Assembly (NCBI GenBank): GCA_964016885.1
Contig: OZ024748.1
Location: forward strand, 51,274,001-51,338,000
Direction of reading: 5' to 3'
Source of the DNA: Eledone cirrhosa
Lineage: Eukaryota
Length of the DNA stretch: 64,000 nt
Shown: positions 42,391 through 54,622 of the stretch, one piece after another
Layout of the letters: every line of letters begins with the position of its first letter
Numbering within the stretch: the first letter of the stretch is position 1
Notes under the pieces: generated by a model
Database searches by the model: none
The model's input: only the letters and a program-made list of their open reading frames with translations
Told to the model about the DNA's origin: nothing
Translations under genes and position numbers: made by a program

Positions 42391-42966
42391 TATATATGTG
42401 TTTGTGTCTATATTATATCTGTATTTTTGACCGTTGGTCAGTCAATGGTGAACATTGAGGACCGAATAAATTAAATTAACTGATATAAAAGATACAGAAG
42501 GGAAAACCAACCAAACAGTGAGTGTGTTCTCTTATTAATTCTGGCAATATTATTACAACAATATGACCCTCCCCAAGTATAACAATATTTGTTTCGACAC
42601 ACGATTTCATATCAAAAACCTCGCAAAACTAATATTTATAGAATATAAATATATATATAATTATAATATATTTATAGAATATATATAATATATACATATA
42701 CTTACATATATATATATGTATGTATATATATATAATATATATATATATATATAAATATACATACATATACATATATGTATATATATGTATATATATATAC
42801 ATACATAAATATATATAAAACATATATATATATATATATGTATATATATACATACATATATATATATAAAACATATATATATATATATTTTATATATGTG
42901 TATATATATATATATGTTTATCTATATATATATATGTTTATATATATATATATATATGTTTATATA

Positions 42967-43000
<34 letters not shown>

Positions 43001-43164
43001 CATATATAATATATATTTATTCACATATAATATATACAGATATATATATAATATATGTATATATACATATATTATATATAACTCTTTTACTCTTCTACCT
43101 GTTCCAGACATCCGGCTGAGGCCATGCTGGGGCACCGCCATTTATAACATATATTCATATACAG

Positions 43165-43223
<59 letters not shown>

Positions 43224-43539
43224 AATATATATATATATGTATTTAAATAATATATATAATATATATTTATATACATATATTATATATAGATATATATATA
43301 ATATATATTTGTATAGATATAATAAATATAAATATATATAGAATATATATCTATATAGATATATATAGAATATATATATTTTTTCATTTACCATTAGAAG
43401 GAGTCCGACGAGCCGCAGATTACAGAGTCAGGTCAGATCGATACAGATCGAACCTTGAACTGATCAGTGGCAAATCGCGCGTTACCAACCAATAAACAAA
43501 ATGAAGGAGTAACCAATCATCCTTGTTATTTTATTTCAC

Positions 43540-43614
43540 TATATATATATATATATATTGTATATATATATATATATATATAATAAATGTATATATTTTA
43601 TATATATATATATA

Positions 43615-43678
<64 letters not shown>

Positions 43679-43705
43679 AATGTATATATTTTATATATAT
43701 ATATA

Positions 43706-43761
<56 letters not shown>

Positions 43762-43767
43762 AATGTA

Positions 43768-43860
<93 letters not shown>

Positions 43861-43990
43861 ATAAATGTATATATTTTATATATATATATTATAAATGTAT
43901 ATATTTTATATATATATATATATATATTTTATATATATATATATATATATAATAAATGTATATATTTTATATATATATATTATAAATGTA

Positions 43991-44024
<34 letters not shown>

Positions 44025-44042
44025 TTTATATATATATATATA

Positions 44043-44092
<50 letters not shown>

Positions 44093-44145
44093 TACATTTA
44101 TAATATATATATATAAAATATATACATTTATTATATATATATATA

Positions 44146-44192
<47 letters not shown>
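43540..44192. repeat. (TA)n satellite with ataaatgtatatatttt units and an internal strand inversion
   Basis: Units flip to aaaatatatacatttat after ~44084. Confidence 0.85.
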
Positions 44193-44194
<2 letters not shown>

Positions 44195-44283
44195 TATACA
44201 AATCCACCCACACAAATGCATGCCCACGATCACATAGCAGATAAAAATTGTAAAATATAGGTAAAAAATAATTTAACTGAAAC

Positions 44284-44329
<46 letters not shown>

Positions 44330-44925
44330 TGTAGACGTGTGGGTGTGTATTTGGTTGTGTACATGTGTGTGTGTGTGTTTTCATGCCTGTGTAATTTACT
44401 GTATATGTAAATAATTAGATAGAGGTGGAAAGATTATTCAGAATATATCCTCAAAGAAGTCATGTACTGAACACACACATAGATGCAGTATATATATCTG
44501 TTACTGAAGTAGATACATAGGCTGAAAAATATCTATTTTTTTCTTCTCCAACAAATTCCTTTATGTATATAGGTTTTTATAAGTTACTTCCCTTACTATC
44601 TATGTTTCCAGTAGAAATTGCTGGCTGTCGGATATTTTTTTGCAGTGAGAAGAAACAGAATTGCATAGTAGAAATAGCAGAGAGAAACCTGCTTTCCCTG
44701 AATATTCAGCTGATATTTGTATATGCGTTTATATCTATATACACACACGCACACACACACACACGCACACATATATATGTGTATGTGTGTGTATGTATGT
44801 ATATAAATATATGTGTGTGTGTGTGTGAGTGTATGTATGTATATATATATATATATATATCTATATGCATATACATCTATATGTGTATGTATATATATAT
44901 CTATATGCATATATATCTATATGTG

Positions 44926-44961
<36 letters not shown>

Positions 44962-45086
44962 CATATATATATAAATATTTATGAATATATGTGTGTGTGT
45001 GTTTGTGTGTTACACTGTATAAGTATATATAATGTATATATTCCATATGTTGCTCATAAAATATATCGTTATTAGATATATATTTA

Positions 45087-45270
45087 ATAATTGTTTCTAC
45101 TTTAGGCACAAGGCCAGCAATTACCGAGTGCATTACTGGTTCTTTATTTTATCGACCCCATAAGGATGAAAGGCAAAGTCAACCTCGGCGGGATTTGAAC
45201 TCCGATCGTAAATAGCGTAACTATGCTGGAAAGCATGGTGTCCGACCCTCTACTGATACTGCTAATCCAT
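45087..45270 (-). mobile_element. Meta/MESC-like SINE
   Basis: Near-full-length match to 54001-54189. Confidence 0.85.
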
Positions 45271-45309
45271 GGAAAATGTAATATATATTTCTATAAAGTA
45301 CACACACAC

Positions 45310-45351
<42 letters not shown>

Positions 45352-45362
45352 GTGTGTGAGTG

Positions 45363-45393
<31 letters not shown>

Positions 45394-45395
45394 TA

Positions 45396-45433
45396 CGAGC
45401 TGAGGATCCACTAAGGTGAAACAATTGTTCTCG
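45396..45433 (+). ncRNA. Minimal type I hammerhead ribozyme motif, canonical core
   Basis: cgag CTGAGGA tcc actaa ggt GAAAC aatt GTT ctcg; lies at the start of a ~140-bp unique island in (TA)n. Confidence 0.75.
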
Positions 45434-45560
45434 GTATGGTGAACTAACTGTTGTGTAACCACTTCTACCAAACTCGTCCCATGGACTGAGTGCTCTACCA
45501 CTACGGATATTACCTTCCAGTGTTCTACCACTATATATATATAATTATAGTGGAATAATC

Positions 45561-45608
<48 letters not shown>

Positions 45609-46223
45609 CTGTGACTGAACAATGCCGTTGATTAAGGAATATGCAATTTGAAATATGTATATCCCAATATATGTAAGAATTGAGGAAACTAAGTATGTAA
45701 GCCTGGAAAGTAACAATATGTATAGGGGCATATCTGTTCCCCTTTTTTTCTGTCTAAAGTTGTATTTTACACAATTTTCTGAACTATTATTTATAGTTAT
45801 TGACTATTAGTATATTCGTTTGATTTGCGACAGACATTTCAAATTCACACACACGCAGCCCAGGTATCTCAATTTTCTTATCCACACAAAATTGTCTTCC
45901 TCACTGATTAACGAATGTGTGAACTCTAATCTGTTCGGATTGAGTTTTTATAAGAAAGACTTCATTACATTATTAAGTGAGGAAATGACCAAAGCTGTGT
46001 CCATTCTATTTGATAAGCTTTGTCTTTTAATATATATATATATGGATATATTCTCATAAATGCATATGCATTATACATGTGCAAGATTTATAAATTAAGC
46101 ATTATTTAGTTATATATATTTTACATGCTTTAAATATACAAATGCACACATATTTTGTACATTGAATATCTGTGTATTGCTTTTCATCCTTTTTTTGTCA
46201 ATAATGTACCAGTCTAATATTGG

Positions 46224-46282
<59 letters not shown>

Positions 46283-47758
46283 ATCTGGTAAAATTTAGCT
46301 GTGTTCAGATCTCAAGAGGAATGACCTCTGATATGTTTCAATGCCCAAGAAATGCTGTATATAATATGATGACCTATGACTCAATCAGTAGTTCTTGGTG
46401 ATTGCATGGCAATGTAAGTTATTGTTAAGTTAGTTTTGATCTCTCAATATTTGTTTACAAGTAGAAATGTAAGTAGAAATTTATTCATTTGAAGAGTACC
46501 CCCTATGCATGATAAAGAGTTGATAGGACTGCTCAAGATACAAACCCACATCTCATTACTAATTCCATGGTGTCATGACCCAGTTGAAATATGTCATTAT
46601 TCCTTTTGATACCAAACATTGTTAGTTTTAAAGAGTTTATTTTCATTTCAAGACCTAACATCTTAACTGAGGGTGATTTCTGGTAGTTTGGTATCAAAAG
46701 GGTTAGAAATGATAAACTATGTTTTCTCATTTCACTCACAAGGCATGAGCCAACCACAGGCTTTGTTAAGTGTCATTTGCCCTTGATGTTAGAAAGAGTT
46801 GAAACCCAGTACCTATTGATTACAAAACAAACCTCTTTAACATTTGCCCATGCTGTGTCCAAATACAAATCCAGGGTCTTCTCACTCTAGTTGGAGGAAC
46901 CCTTCCCTCGTTGATCTGCACCTGTTTCTGTTTGCTTTTGGACATGTCATTGGGGATGTAGCCATAGTCATCATGCTTGGCCAATTGTAGGTTGGTGAGG
47001 CTATTTAACCCATAGTCGGGGCAGATGACCATTGGTTCTGGGGAGTTCAGCTGCCAATTTGTCAACTGCTCTTATTTTTTGTGCTTCTGGGGTTCTGCCT
47101 ACTTTCATCACTAGACCAGGATCTGGTGGACGAGCCGGTTTACTCACTGACCACTTGACCATGAAGCTGATTGTACTGGGTTACATGGTGCCAATAGCAA
47201 GCATAAGCCTGATCTGTGTCCAGCAGGCTAAATAACAACTAAAGTAAATACATACTTAGATACTCCAGTCCTTTTGTTGCCTCATACATTAGAGATAAAA
47301 CATATTTTTATATAATTAATCCACCTTAGTGACTTCATTAACAACAATGGAGGTCTAAGTTGACATCAGATTTTGACTCGTGACAGCACAAGAACGAAAT
47401 GTTTGTCAATCTTTACAAATGTGCAAAATTATATTTTATTCTGTTCACATCTAAATGTGCATCTGTGCAATTATGCACACATGCTGTGTGGCAAAAAAAA
47501 AAAAATCAAAATGTATGCATTTCCTCATTTATGCAAGTTTATGTATGTGTGTGTGTGTGTGGAAGGGGAGTGATGGAGCTGATCAGTGTTGCGTGTTTAT
47601 ATTTATATATATACTATATATACGTGTGTATGTATGAAAATGGAAAAGTCAACTCAGGTCAGTGAGGTCAATACTAGAGTCTGTGTGAGTGCATAAATCA
47701 TTAAATTATATATATATATATATAAACATACATATATATATAAATATATAAACATACT

Positions 47759-47802
<44 letters not shown>

Positions 47803-48169
47803 CATATATATATACATATATATATATACACACACACACACGCACACACATATATATATATAGAGAGAGAGATAGATATATATGCATATATATATAAAGA
47901 TATATATGAGTACCTGTGCATATGTTTGTGTGTATATGTGTTTCTGTGTGTGTGTGTGTGTATGTATGCGTGAGTATTTATATCATTGTCTGTGCCTTTA
48001 TGTTAGTGTATGTGTTAATGTCTGTATGTATAGAGCAAACTTCTCTATATATACACACTGGTGTGTATGTGTGTGTATGTATATATGTATGTGTACTTAT
48101 ACATAGGCATTTGCAAATGTAATGATATTGAAAAAAAAATGTGTGCCCTCTTTATAATAACTAGTTATT

Positions 48170-48204
<35 letters not shown>

Positions 48205-48699
48205 GTATATGTGTGAGTGTGTGTGTGTGCATATGTAAATATATAGTTTTGTGTAGATGTGTGTGTGCATACTTACATGAGATTACACATATATATATAA
48301 ACAGAGTGTGAATCTGAGCGTGTGTATCAATGTCTGTATGTATGTGAATGAGCTTGTTGTTAGGGCTTGTGTGAACTTTGCCAACGTATGTTAGGTAAAT
48401 GACTCACTATATGTGTGTGTTTATGTGTATGCATGTGTGAGTGTGTGGGTGTATATATGCATGTATTTATATATAATTATGTAAACATACAACAGAGTGT
48501 ATGTGTATAATCAGAAACGTGTGTGTGTTTGATGTGTAAGGTGTATACTAACACATGGTTAGGTGAGTGTATGCGTATATATATATGTAAATATATAAGT
48601 TTGCATGTATGTAAACATATAATTATTTATACAAGTATGCATGTATGTATAGAAGTATGTATGCATGCATATATATATGAATACCTAATGTGATCATAT

Positions 48700-49036
48700 A
48701 TCATCATCATCATCATTTTACGTCCACTTCTCCCTGCTTGCAAGGGTGGGATGGGAACTGATTCTGGCTTGATTTCTACAGCTGGATGCCCTTCCTAACA
48801 CCAACCTCATTTACAGTGAGTGCTGGGTGCTTTTTTGCCGTGGCACCTTCACAACCACTTTGCAGTTGAATGATAGGGACCCCAGTCCCTATCATCTCAT
48901 TCAACAGCTGAGTAAACTGGAGCAATGTGAAATAAAGTGTCTTGCTCAAGGAAACAACACATCACCCGGTCTGAGAATTGAACTCACAACCTTTCTATTG
49001 CAAGGCCAATGCTCTAACCACTAAGCCATGTGCATC
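48700..49036 (-). mobile_element. CORE-type tRNA SINE with RTE tail
   Basis: Reverse complement of 49822-50166. Confidence 0.9.
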
Positions 49037-49579
49037 CATATATGTGTGTGTATGTATGTGCATACATATATATGTATGTATGAACATATGTATATAGATA
49101 TGCATGAATGTATATAAATATGCATGAATGTATATAAATATGCATGTCAGTATATATGCATATATGTATGACTGCATGTATATAAATATATGTGTTTAAT
49201 GTAATAAAGATGATTTGTGTAAATGTTTGAGTGTGCTTACTTGTGTGTGTGTCTATATGTGCATGCTTGTGTATGAGAGAATGTGTGTATGTATGTGTGT
49301 GTGTGTAGGTGTGCTTCTGTGTGAATATGTTTGTAAATGTGACTGTCTTCATGTTTTTCAGTATGTAAGTGTGCTTACATATCTGTACTTAAAAAAATAG
49401 CTATGTTCATTGTGTCTGTGTGTTTGTGTCTATAATAATTTTGTTTGCATGTGTATAGGTATGTGCCTGCTTATAATTATGTAAGTATATGTGTTACTAT
49501 ATGTTTGTGTGTGTGTCTGTATAGATACATGACCATTTATATACATGCATGGATATATGTACATATATATATATATATG

Positions 49580-49765
49580 TTTATCCTGGGTTCAATCGGG
49601 GGTAACCACATAAGTAAGGTACTCAATACATAGAGTATAAATATTTTACATAGAAATGGCTTCTACAGGACTAGAGCTGTTTCATTTGGGAGAAATCATC
49701 AGCACTTCCTGATGATTTCTCCCAAATGAAACAGTTCTAGACCTGTAGAAGCCAGTTCTATATTA
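49580..49765. mobile_element. Penelope-like pLTR fold-back (52-bp arms) in (TA)n
   Basis: Arms 49651-49702 / 49709-49760, loop cacttc; relatives at 19650-19745, 32229-32310, 58228-58305 plus 58567-58610. Confidence 0.75.
49705..49751 (+). ncRNA. Type I hammerhead ribozyme motif, canonical core
   Basis: cttc CTGATGA tttctcccaaat GAAAC ag ttctagac ct GTA gaag: stem I cttc/gaag, stem III acag/ctgt, GUA site, weak stem II. Confidence 0.75.
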
Positions 49766-49774
49766 TATATATAC

Positions 49775-49817
<43 letters not shown>

Positions 49818-49821
49818 TATA

Positions 49822-50166
49822 TGGAGGCACATGGCTTAGTGGTTAGAGCATTAGTCTTGCAGTCGAAAGGTTGTGAGTTCAATTCTCAGACCGGGTGATG
49901 TGTTGTTTCCTTGAGCAAGACACTTTATTTCACATTGCTCCAGTTTACTCAGCGGGAGAAATGAGATGATAGGGACTGGGGTCCCTATCATTCCACTGCA
50001 AAGTGGTCATGGAGGTGCCACGGAAAAAAAGCACCCAGCACTCACTGTAAATGAGGTTGGTGTTAGGAAGGGCATCCAGCTGTAGAGATCAAGCCAGAAT
50101 CAATTCCCATCACGCCCTTGTAAGCAGGGAGAAGCAGACGTAAAATGATGATGATGATGATGATGA
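49822..50166 (+). mobile_element. CORE-type tRNA SINE with RTE tail, full length
   Basis: ggaggcacatggcttagtgg (A box), gagttcaattc (B box), ccttgagcaagacacttt (CORE-like), RTE tail, (GAT)n. Confidence 0.9.
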
Positions 50167-50296
50167 TATAGTCATAAATGTATGTATATGTGATGTGAAT
50201 AATTATGAGTGTTCATAATTGTTTTTATATGCATGAATATAAACACACACACATATATATATATATGCATTGTGTATGTGTGTGTGTATATATATA

Positions 50297-50447
50297 TAGG
50301 AAAAGACTCAGGAACCCGATGGCTGAGCTCCGGCTATTTCAACACCTAGATCCAAACTCTTTCCTATTACCCACTCTACTACCCTAAGTATGGTGTACTC
50401 TGGCGCGTTATGCTCCATCCAGTATGTTACCACACCCTCTTTGTTAT
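50297..50447. mobile_element. Penelope-like pLTR fragment (family of 52134-52327)
   Basis: Shares ctattacccactctactaccctaagtat; minus strand GAAAtagccggagctcagccaTCgggtt. Confidence 0.55.
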
Positions 50448-50689
50448 ATATATATATATATATGTGTAGTGAAGGGTGGAAAGGGTTCTTAAATCTGGTA
50501 AGACAACCTCTGGTGGCACGAACAATGCACCCAGTCCACACTGTAAAGGGGTTGGTGATAGGAAGGGCATCCAACCAGTAAATCCAAGGCAAAATTATGA
50601 AAAGCACAACCAAAGAAAATATAAAAACAATGATACATATATATATATATATATATATATGTATACAAATATGTGTACTTTTATATATA

Positions 50690-51635
50690 TATTATGGTAT
50701 ATATATATATATGGTATATATATATATATGGTATATATATATATATGGTATATATATATATGCTTTATATATATGCTTTATATATATGCTTTATATATAT
50801 GCTATATATATATGCTATATATATATGCTATATATATATGCTATATATATATGCTATATATATATGCTATATATATATGCTATATATATATACTATATAT
50901 ATATGCTATATATATATGCTATATATATATACTATATATATATACTATATATATATACTATATATATATACTATATATATATACTATATATATATACTAT
51001 ATATATATACTATATATATATACTATATATATATACTATATATATATACTATATATATATACTATATATATATGCTATATATATATATATTCTATTCTAG
51101 GGTGGGTAAAATTCCCGAGATCCATGGACGAGTTCTCTCCAGTGGTCTCTGTCCCTCATTATTGCTGCCATGTCCTGCGTCTCCAACAGACCAGTGTCTG
51201 TCCTTAGGGCATCAACATATGTTAACCTTGGTCTTCCTCTGAGGATGAAAAACTCAGTGCTGTATGGGAGCCTCCCAAAAGTCAGCTCAAAAGTGACACA
51301 GAGAAGACTGAGGTTAGCTGGACATATATATATATATATATATATAGCATATATATATGTTATATACATATGCTATATATATATGCTATATACATATGCT
51401 ATATACATATGCTATATATATATGCTATATATATATGCTATATATATATGCTATATATATATGCTATATATATATGTTATATATATATATGCTATATATA
51501 TATGCTATATATATATGCTATATATATATATGCTATATATATATGCTATATATATATGCTATATATATATGCTATTTACATATGCTACATACATATGCTA
51601 TATACATATGCTATATATATATATATACATATATA

Positions 51636-51700
<65 letters not shown>
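50690..51700. repeat. ~11-bp compound (TA)n satellite (atatatatgct / atatatatact) flanking a LINE fragment
   Basis: Visible. Confidence 0.9.
51095..51324 (-). mobile_element. RTE-like LINE 3' end with inverted 5' segment
   Basis: Minus strand RGRPRLTYVDALRTDTG...MRDRDHWR; plus strand NSVLYGSLPKVSSKVTQRRLRLAGH. Confidence 0.8.
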
Positions 51701-51706
<6 letters not shown>

Positions 51707-52043
51707 ACATGTGCATATACAAGGGTAAATACAAACCACAGTTTAAATGACTGTATGTAGTGACTGTGGTATATTTATCTGTGTTTGTGTGTTTGAACAA
51801 ATCACATGTGAATCAGTGCAAGTAATGTTCATTGCTCAGTCTCTCTCCAGAATGTGTGTTTGTGTGTCTGTGCCAGCGAAATTTTGATATATTTCAGAGT
51901 GCTATCACAAGCTTATGTTTATATACATACACACATATAAGGATATATGTGTTTGCATGAGTATGTGTTTTGAACACACGCACATAGACATATGTATGTG
52001 TAAATATATATACACATATTTACAGATTGTATACTTATATATA

Positions 52044-52082
<39 letters not shown>

Positions 52083-52133
52083 TAACATACAAACAGACAC
52101 ATACATATTTAAATATATATATATATATATACA

Positions 52134-52327
52134 TAGGAAAAAGTATAACCCCGACGGCAGAGCTCAAGCCATTTCAACGGCTATTTCTGGTCCAGAAATA
52201 GCCGTCAAAATGGCTTGATCTCTGCGTCAGGGTCATACTTTTTACTATTACCCACTCTACTACCCTAAGTATTGAGTTCTCTAGTGCGTTATGGTCCATC
52301 TGGTTCCTTACCACAACCTCTTCGTTA
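52134..52327. mobile_element. Penelope-like pLTR fold-back (~57-bp arms) with hammerhead 3' half
   Basis: Arms 52134-52190 / 52192-52247; minus strand GAAA tggc ttgagctct gccg TC ggggtt. Confidence 0.6.
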
Positions 52328-52354
52328 TATATATATACATACAGATATATAGAT

Positions 52355-53417
52355 ATAAACTGCCCCAAATGCAAACAATGGGTACACAAGAGATGTAGCG
52401 GGATCTCAGGAAGCTTAATTAAGAATGTAGGATTCACATGCAGCAGCTGTGCTGAAACAGCAAGCAAACAGTCACAGGAAACAAGTACCACCAATCTCTG
52501 GGAGGGCCCTGTAGAAACAGTAGACAGCTTCTGCTACCTAGGTGACCGAATTAGCAACGGAGGTGGGTGCTCAGAAAGTACAATAACTAGGGTAAGAACG
52601 GGATGGAAGAAGTTTAGGGAACTACTACCACTGCTAGCTGCAAAAGGCTTCTCCCTCAGAATGAAAGGCAGACTGTATGATGCGTGTATCCGAACAGCGA
52701 TGTTGCATGGTAGTGAGACCTGGGCGCTGAAGGTGGAAGACTTACGTAGATTAGAGAGAAACGAAGCCTGCATGCTCCGATGGATGTGTAACAGTAATAT
52801 ACGTGAACGACAAAGCATAAAGGAATTGAGAGAGAGACTGAGCATAAGAGGAATCAAATGCTGCGTGCAGGAGAGGCGGTTACGCTGGTATGGACATGTG
52901 ATGCGTATGAAGGATGACAGCTGCATAAAAAGGTGCAGAGCACTAGAAGTTGATGGAAACCGCGGAGTGGGGAGACCCAAGATGACTTGGGATGAGGTGT
53001 TAAAAGCCGACCTTACCCAACTACACCTCTCAAAGTCAATGACACACGACCGTGACTTCTGGCGTCACGCAGTAATACAGGGTACCCGACCTCCCATGGG
53101 TACATGCTGAAGCATATAAACAATATGCCCCCCCCCCCCCCCACCGCAAGGTGGTCGTGGAGGTGCCACGGCAAAAAAGCACCCAGCCCACACTGTAAAG
53201 TGGACGTGTAGGCGCCACGAAAAAGCACCCAGCACTCACTGTAAATGAGGTTGGTGTTAGGAAGGGCATCCAGCTGTAGAAATCAAGCCAAAATCAGTTC
53301 CTGTATGAGCAAGGCATGGTCAGCCGACCAGACACTGCCCACAACAGGACAACCCGTCTAACCCATGCTAGCGTGGAAGAACGGACGTAAAACGGTGATG
53401 ATGATGATGATGATGAT
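52355..53417 (+). mobile_element. RTE-clade LINE, young 5'-truncated copy
   Basis: Stop-free frame 52355-53110 (CPKCKQWVHKRC...VDSFCYLGD...RRLRWYGHVMR...GRPKMTW), 3' UTR, (GAT)n tail. Confidence 0.95.
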
Positions 53418-53519
53418 GTTGAAACATATATATGCACACATATATAAACATATATATATATACACATATATAAACATATATATATAGACATATATATAAA
53501 CATATATATACATATAAAT

Positions 53520-53556
<37 letters not shown>

Positions 53557-53563
53557 CATATAA

Positions 53564-53602
<39 letters not shown>

Positions 53603-53603
53603 C

Positions 53604-53856
53604 TGATGTGTTGTTTCCTTGAGCAAGACACTTTATTTCACATTGCTCCAGTTTACTCAGCTGTAGAAATGAGATGATAGGGACTGGGGTCCCTATCATT
53701 CCACTGCAAAGTGGTCGTGGAGGTGCCACGGCAAAAAAGCACCCAGCACTCACTGTAAATGAGGTTGGTGTTAGGAAGGGCATCCAGCTGTAGAAATCAA
53801 GCCAGAATCAGTTCCCGTCCCACCCTTGCAAGCAGGGTAAAAGCGGACGTAAAATG
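53604..53856 (+). mobile_element. CORE-type SINE with RTE tail, 5'-truncated
   Basis: Begins at tgatgtgttgtttccttgagcaagacac. Confidence 0.88.
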
Positions 53857-54000
53857 AATACAAATGAATACATACTTATAGATACATAAATACATATATG
53901 AGCAAGATACTGTTGTGTGATGTGCCTCTCTAGCCTTGTACTGCCCATCTAACACATGCAAGCACGGGAAATATACAGTAAACAGTGGAGATGATAATAA

Positions 54001-54189
54001 CTGTTTCTACGTTTGGCACAAGGCCAGCATTTACCCAGTGCATTACTGGTACTTTATTTTATCGGCCCCGTAAGGATGAAAGGCAAAGTTAACCTCGACG
54101 GGAATTGAACTCAAAATGGCAAGGGCCGTAACTCTATGCGTCAAAGCATGGCGTCCGACCCTCTACCAATACTGCCAATCCACCGCCTT
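54001..54189 (-). mobile_element. Meta/MESC-like tRNA SINE with 16-bp TSD
   Basis: TSD gtggagatgataataa at 53985-54000 and 54190-54205; central tttgcctttcatccttacgggg.cgataaaataaagtaccag resembles the Meta/MESC domain. Confidence 0.9.
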
Positions 54190-54302
54190 GTGGAGATGAT
54201 AATAATATCTACACAAATATACACATATATACATTAATCTACATGTATTATAATGAAACGATAGGTTCCTGGATTTGTGTAATTCCTTGAAAGGATTATT
54301 AT

Positions 54303-54360
54303 GCTATGAGCATTTCAATGACCGGGTTCCGTATGAATCCGGTGATATCATCAGGTATTC
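54303..54360 (-). ncRNA. Hammerhead-like motif with long stem II and poor stem I
   Basis: Minus strand: gaatac CTGATGA tatc accggattc atacg gaacccggt catt GAAA tgc TC atagc. Confidence 0.5.
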
Positions 54361-54432
54361 AAAATATAATACGTGAATGTAATAGATAAAATCCATGGGG
54401 CTGAAAATCGAGGACCCGAGGGCAACCGCTAT

Positions 54433-54622
54433 CTGTGGACTGGCAGAATCGGTAGAGTCAAACACCCTGCTTCGTGGCATAGAGTTACGTCCCTTTATGT
54501 TCCGAGTTCAAATCCCATCGAGGTAAACTTTGCTTGTCATCCTTACGGTGTCGATAAAATAAAGTACCAGTAATACACTGGGATAATTGCTGGCCTTGTG
54601 CCAAAGAGTAGAAACAATTATT
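54433..54622 (+). mobile_element. Meta/MESC-like SINE
   Basis: tggcagaatcggtagag...gagttcaaatccc...core...agaaacaattatt. Confidence 0.85.

Larger units (their letters stand above)
41640..42630 (+). mobile_element. 5'-truncated Penelope-like retroelement: inverted pLTR, GIY-YIG C-terminus, pLTR with hammerhead
   Basis: ~240-bp inverted repeats 41640-41880 / 42353-42590 enclose the endonuclease remnant; (TA)n on both flanks. Confidence 0.8.

Noticed and set aside
49822-49895. tRNA gene
   Set aside because: A/B boxes belong to a SINE head; no proper acceptor or anticodon stem, and it continues into the CORE domain
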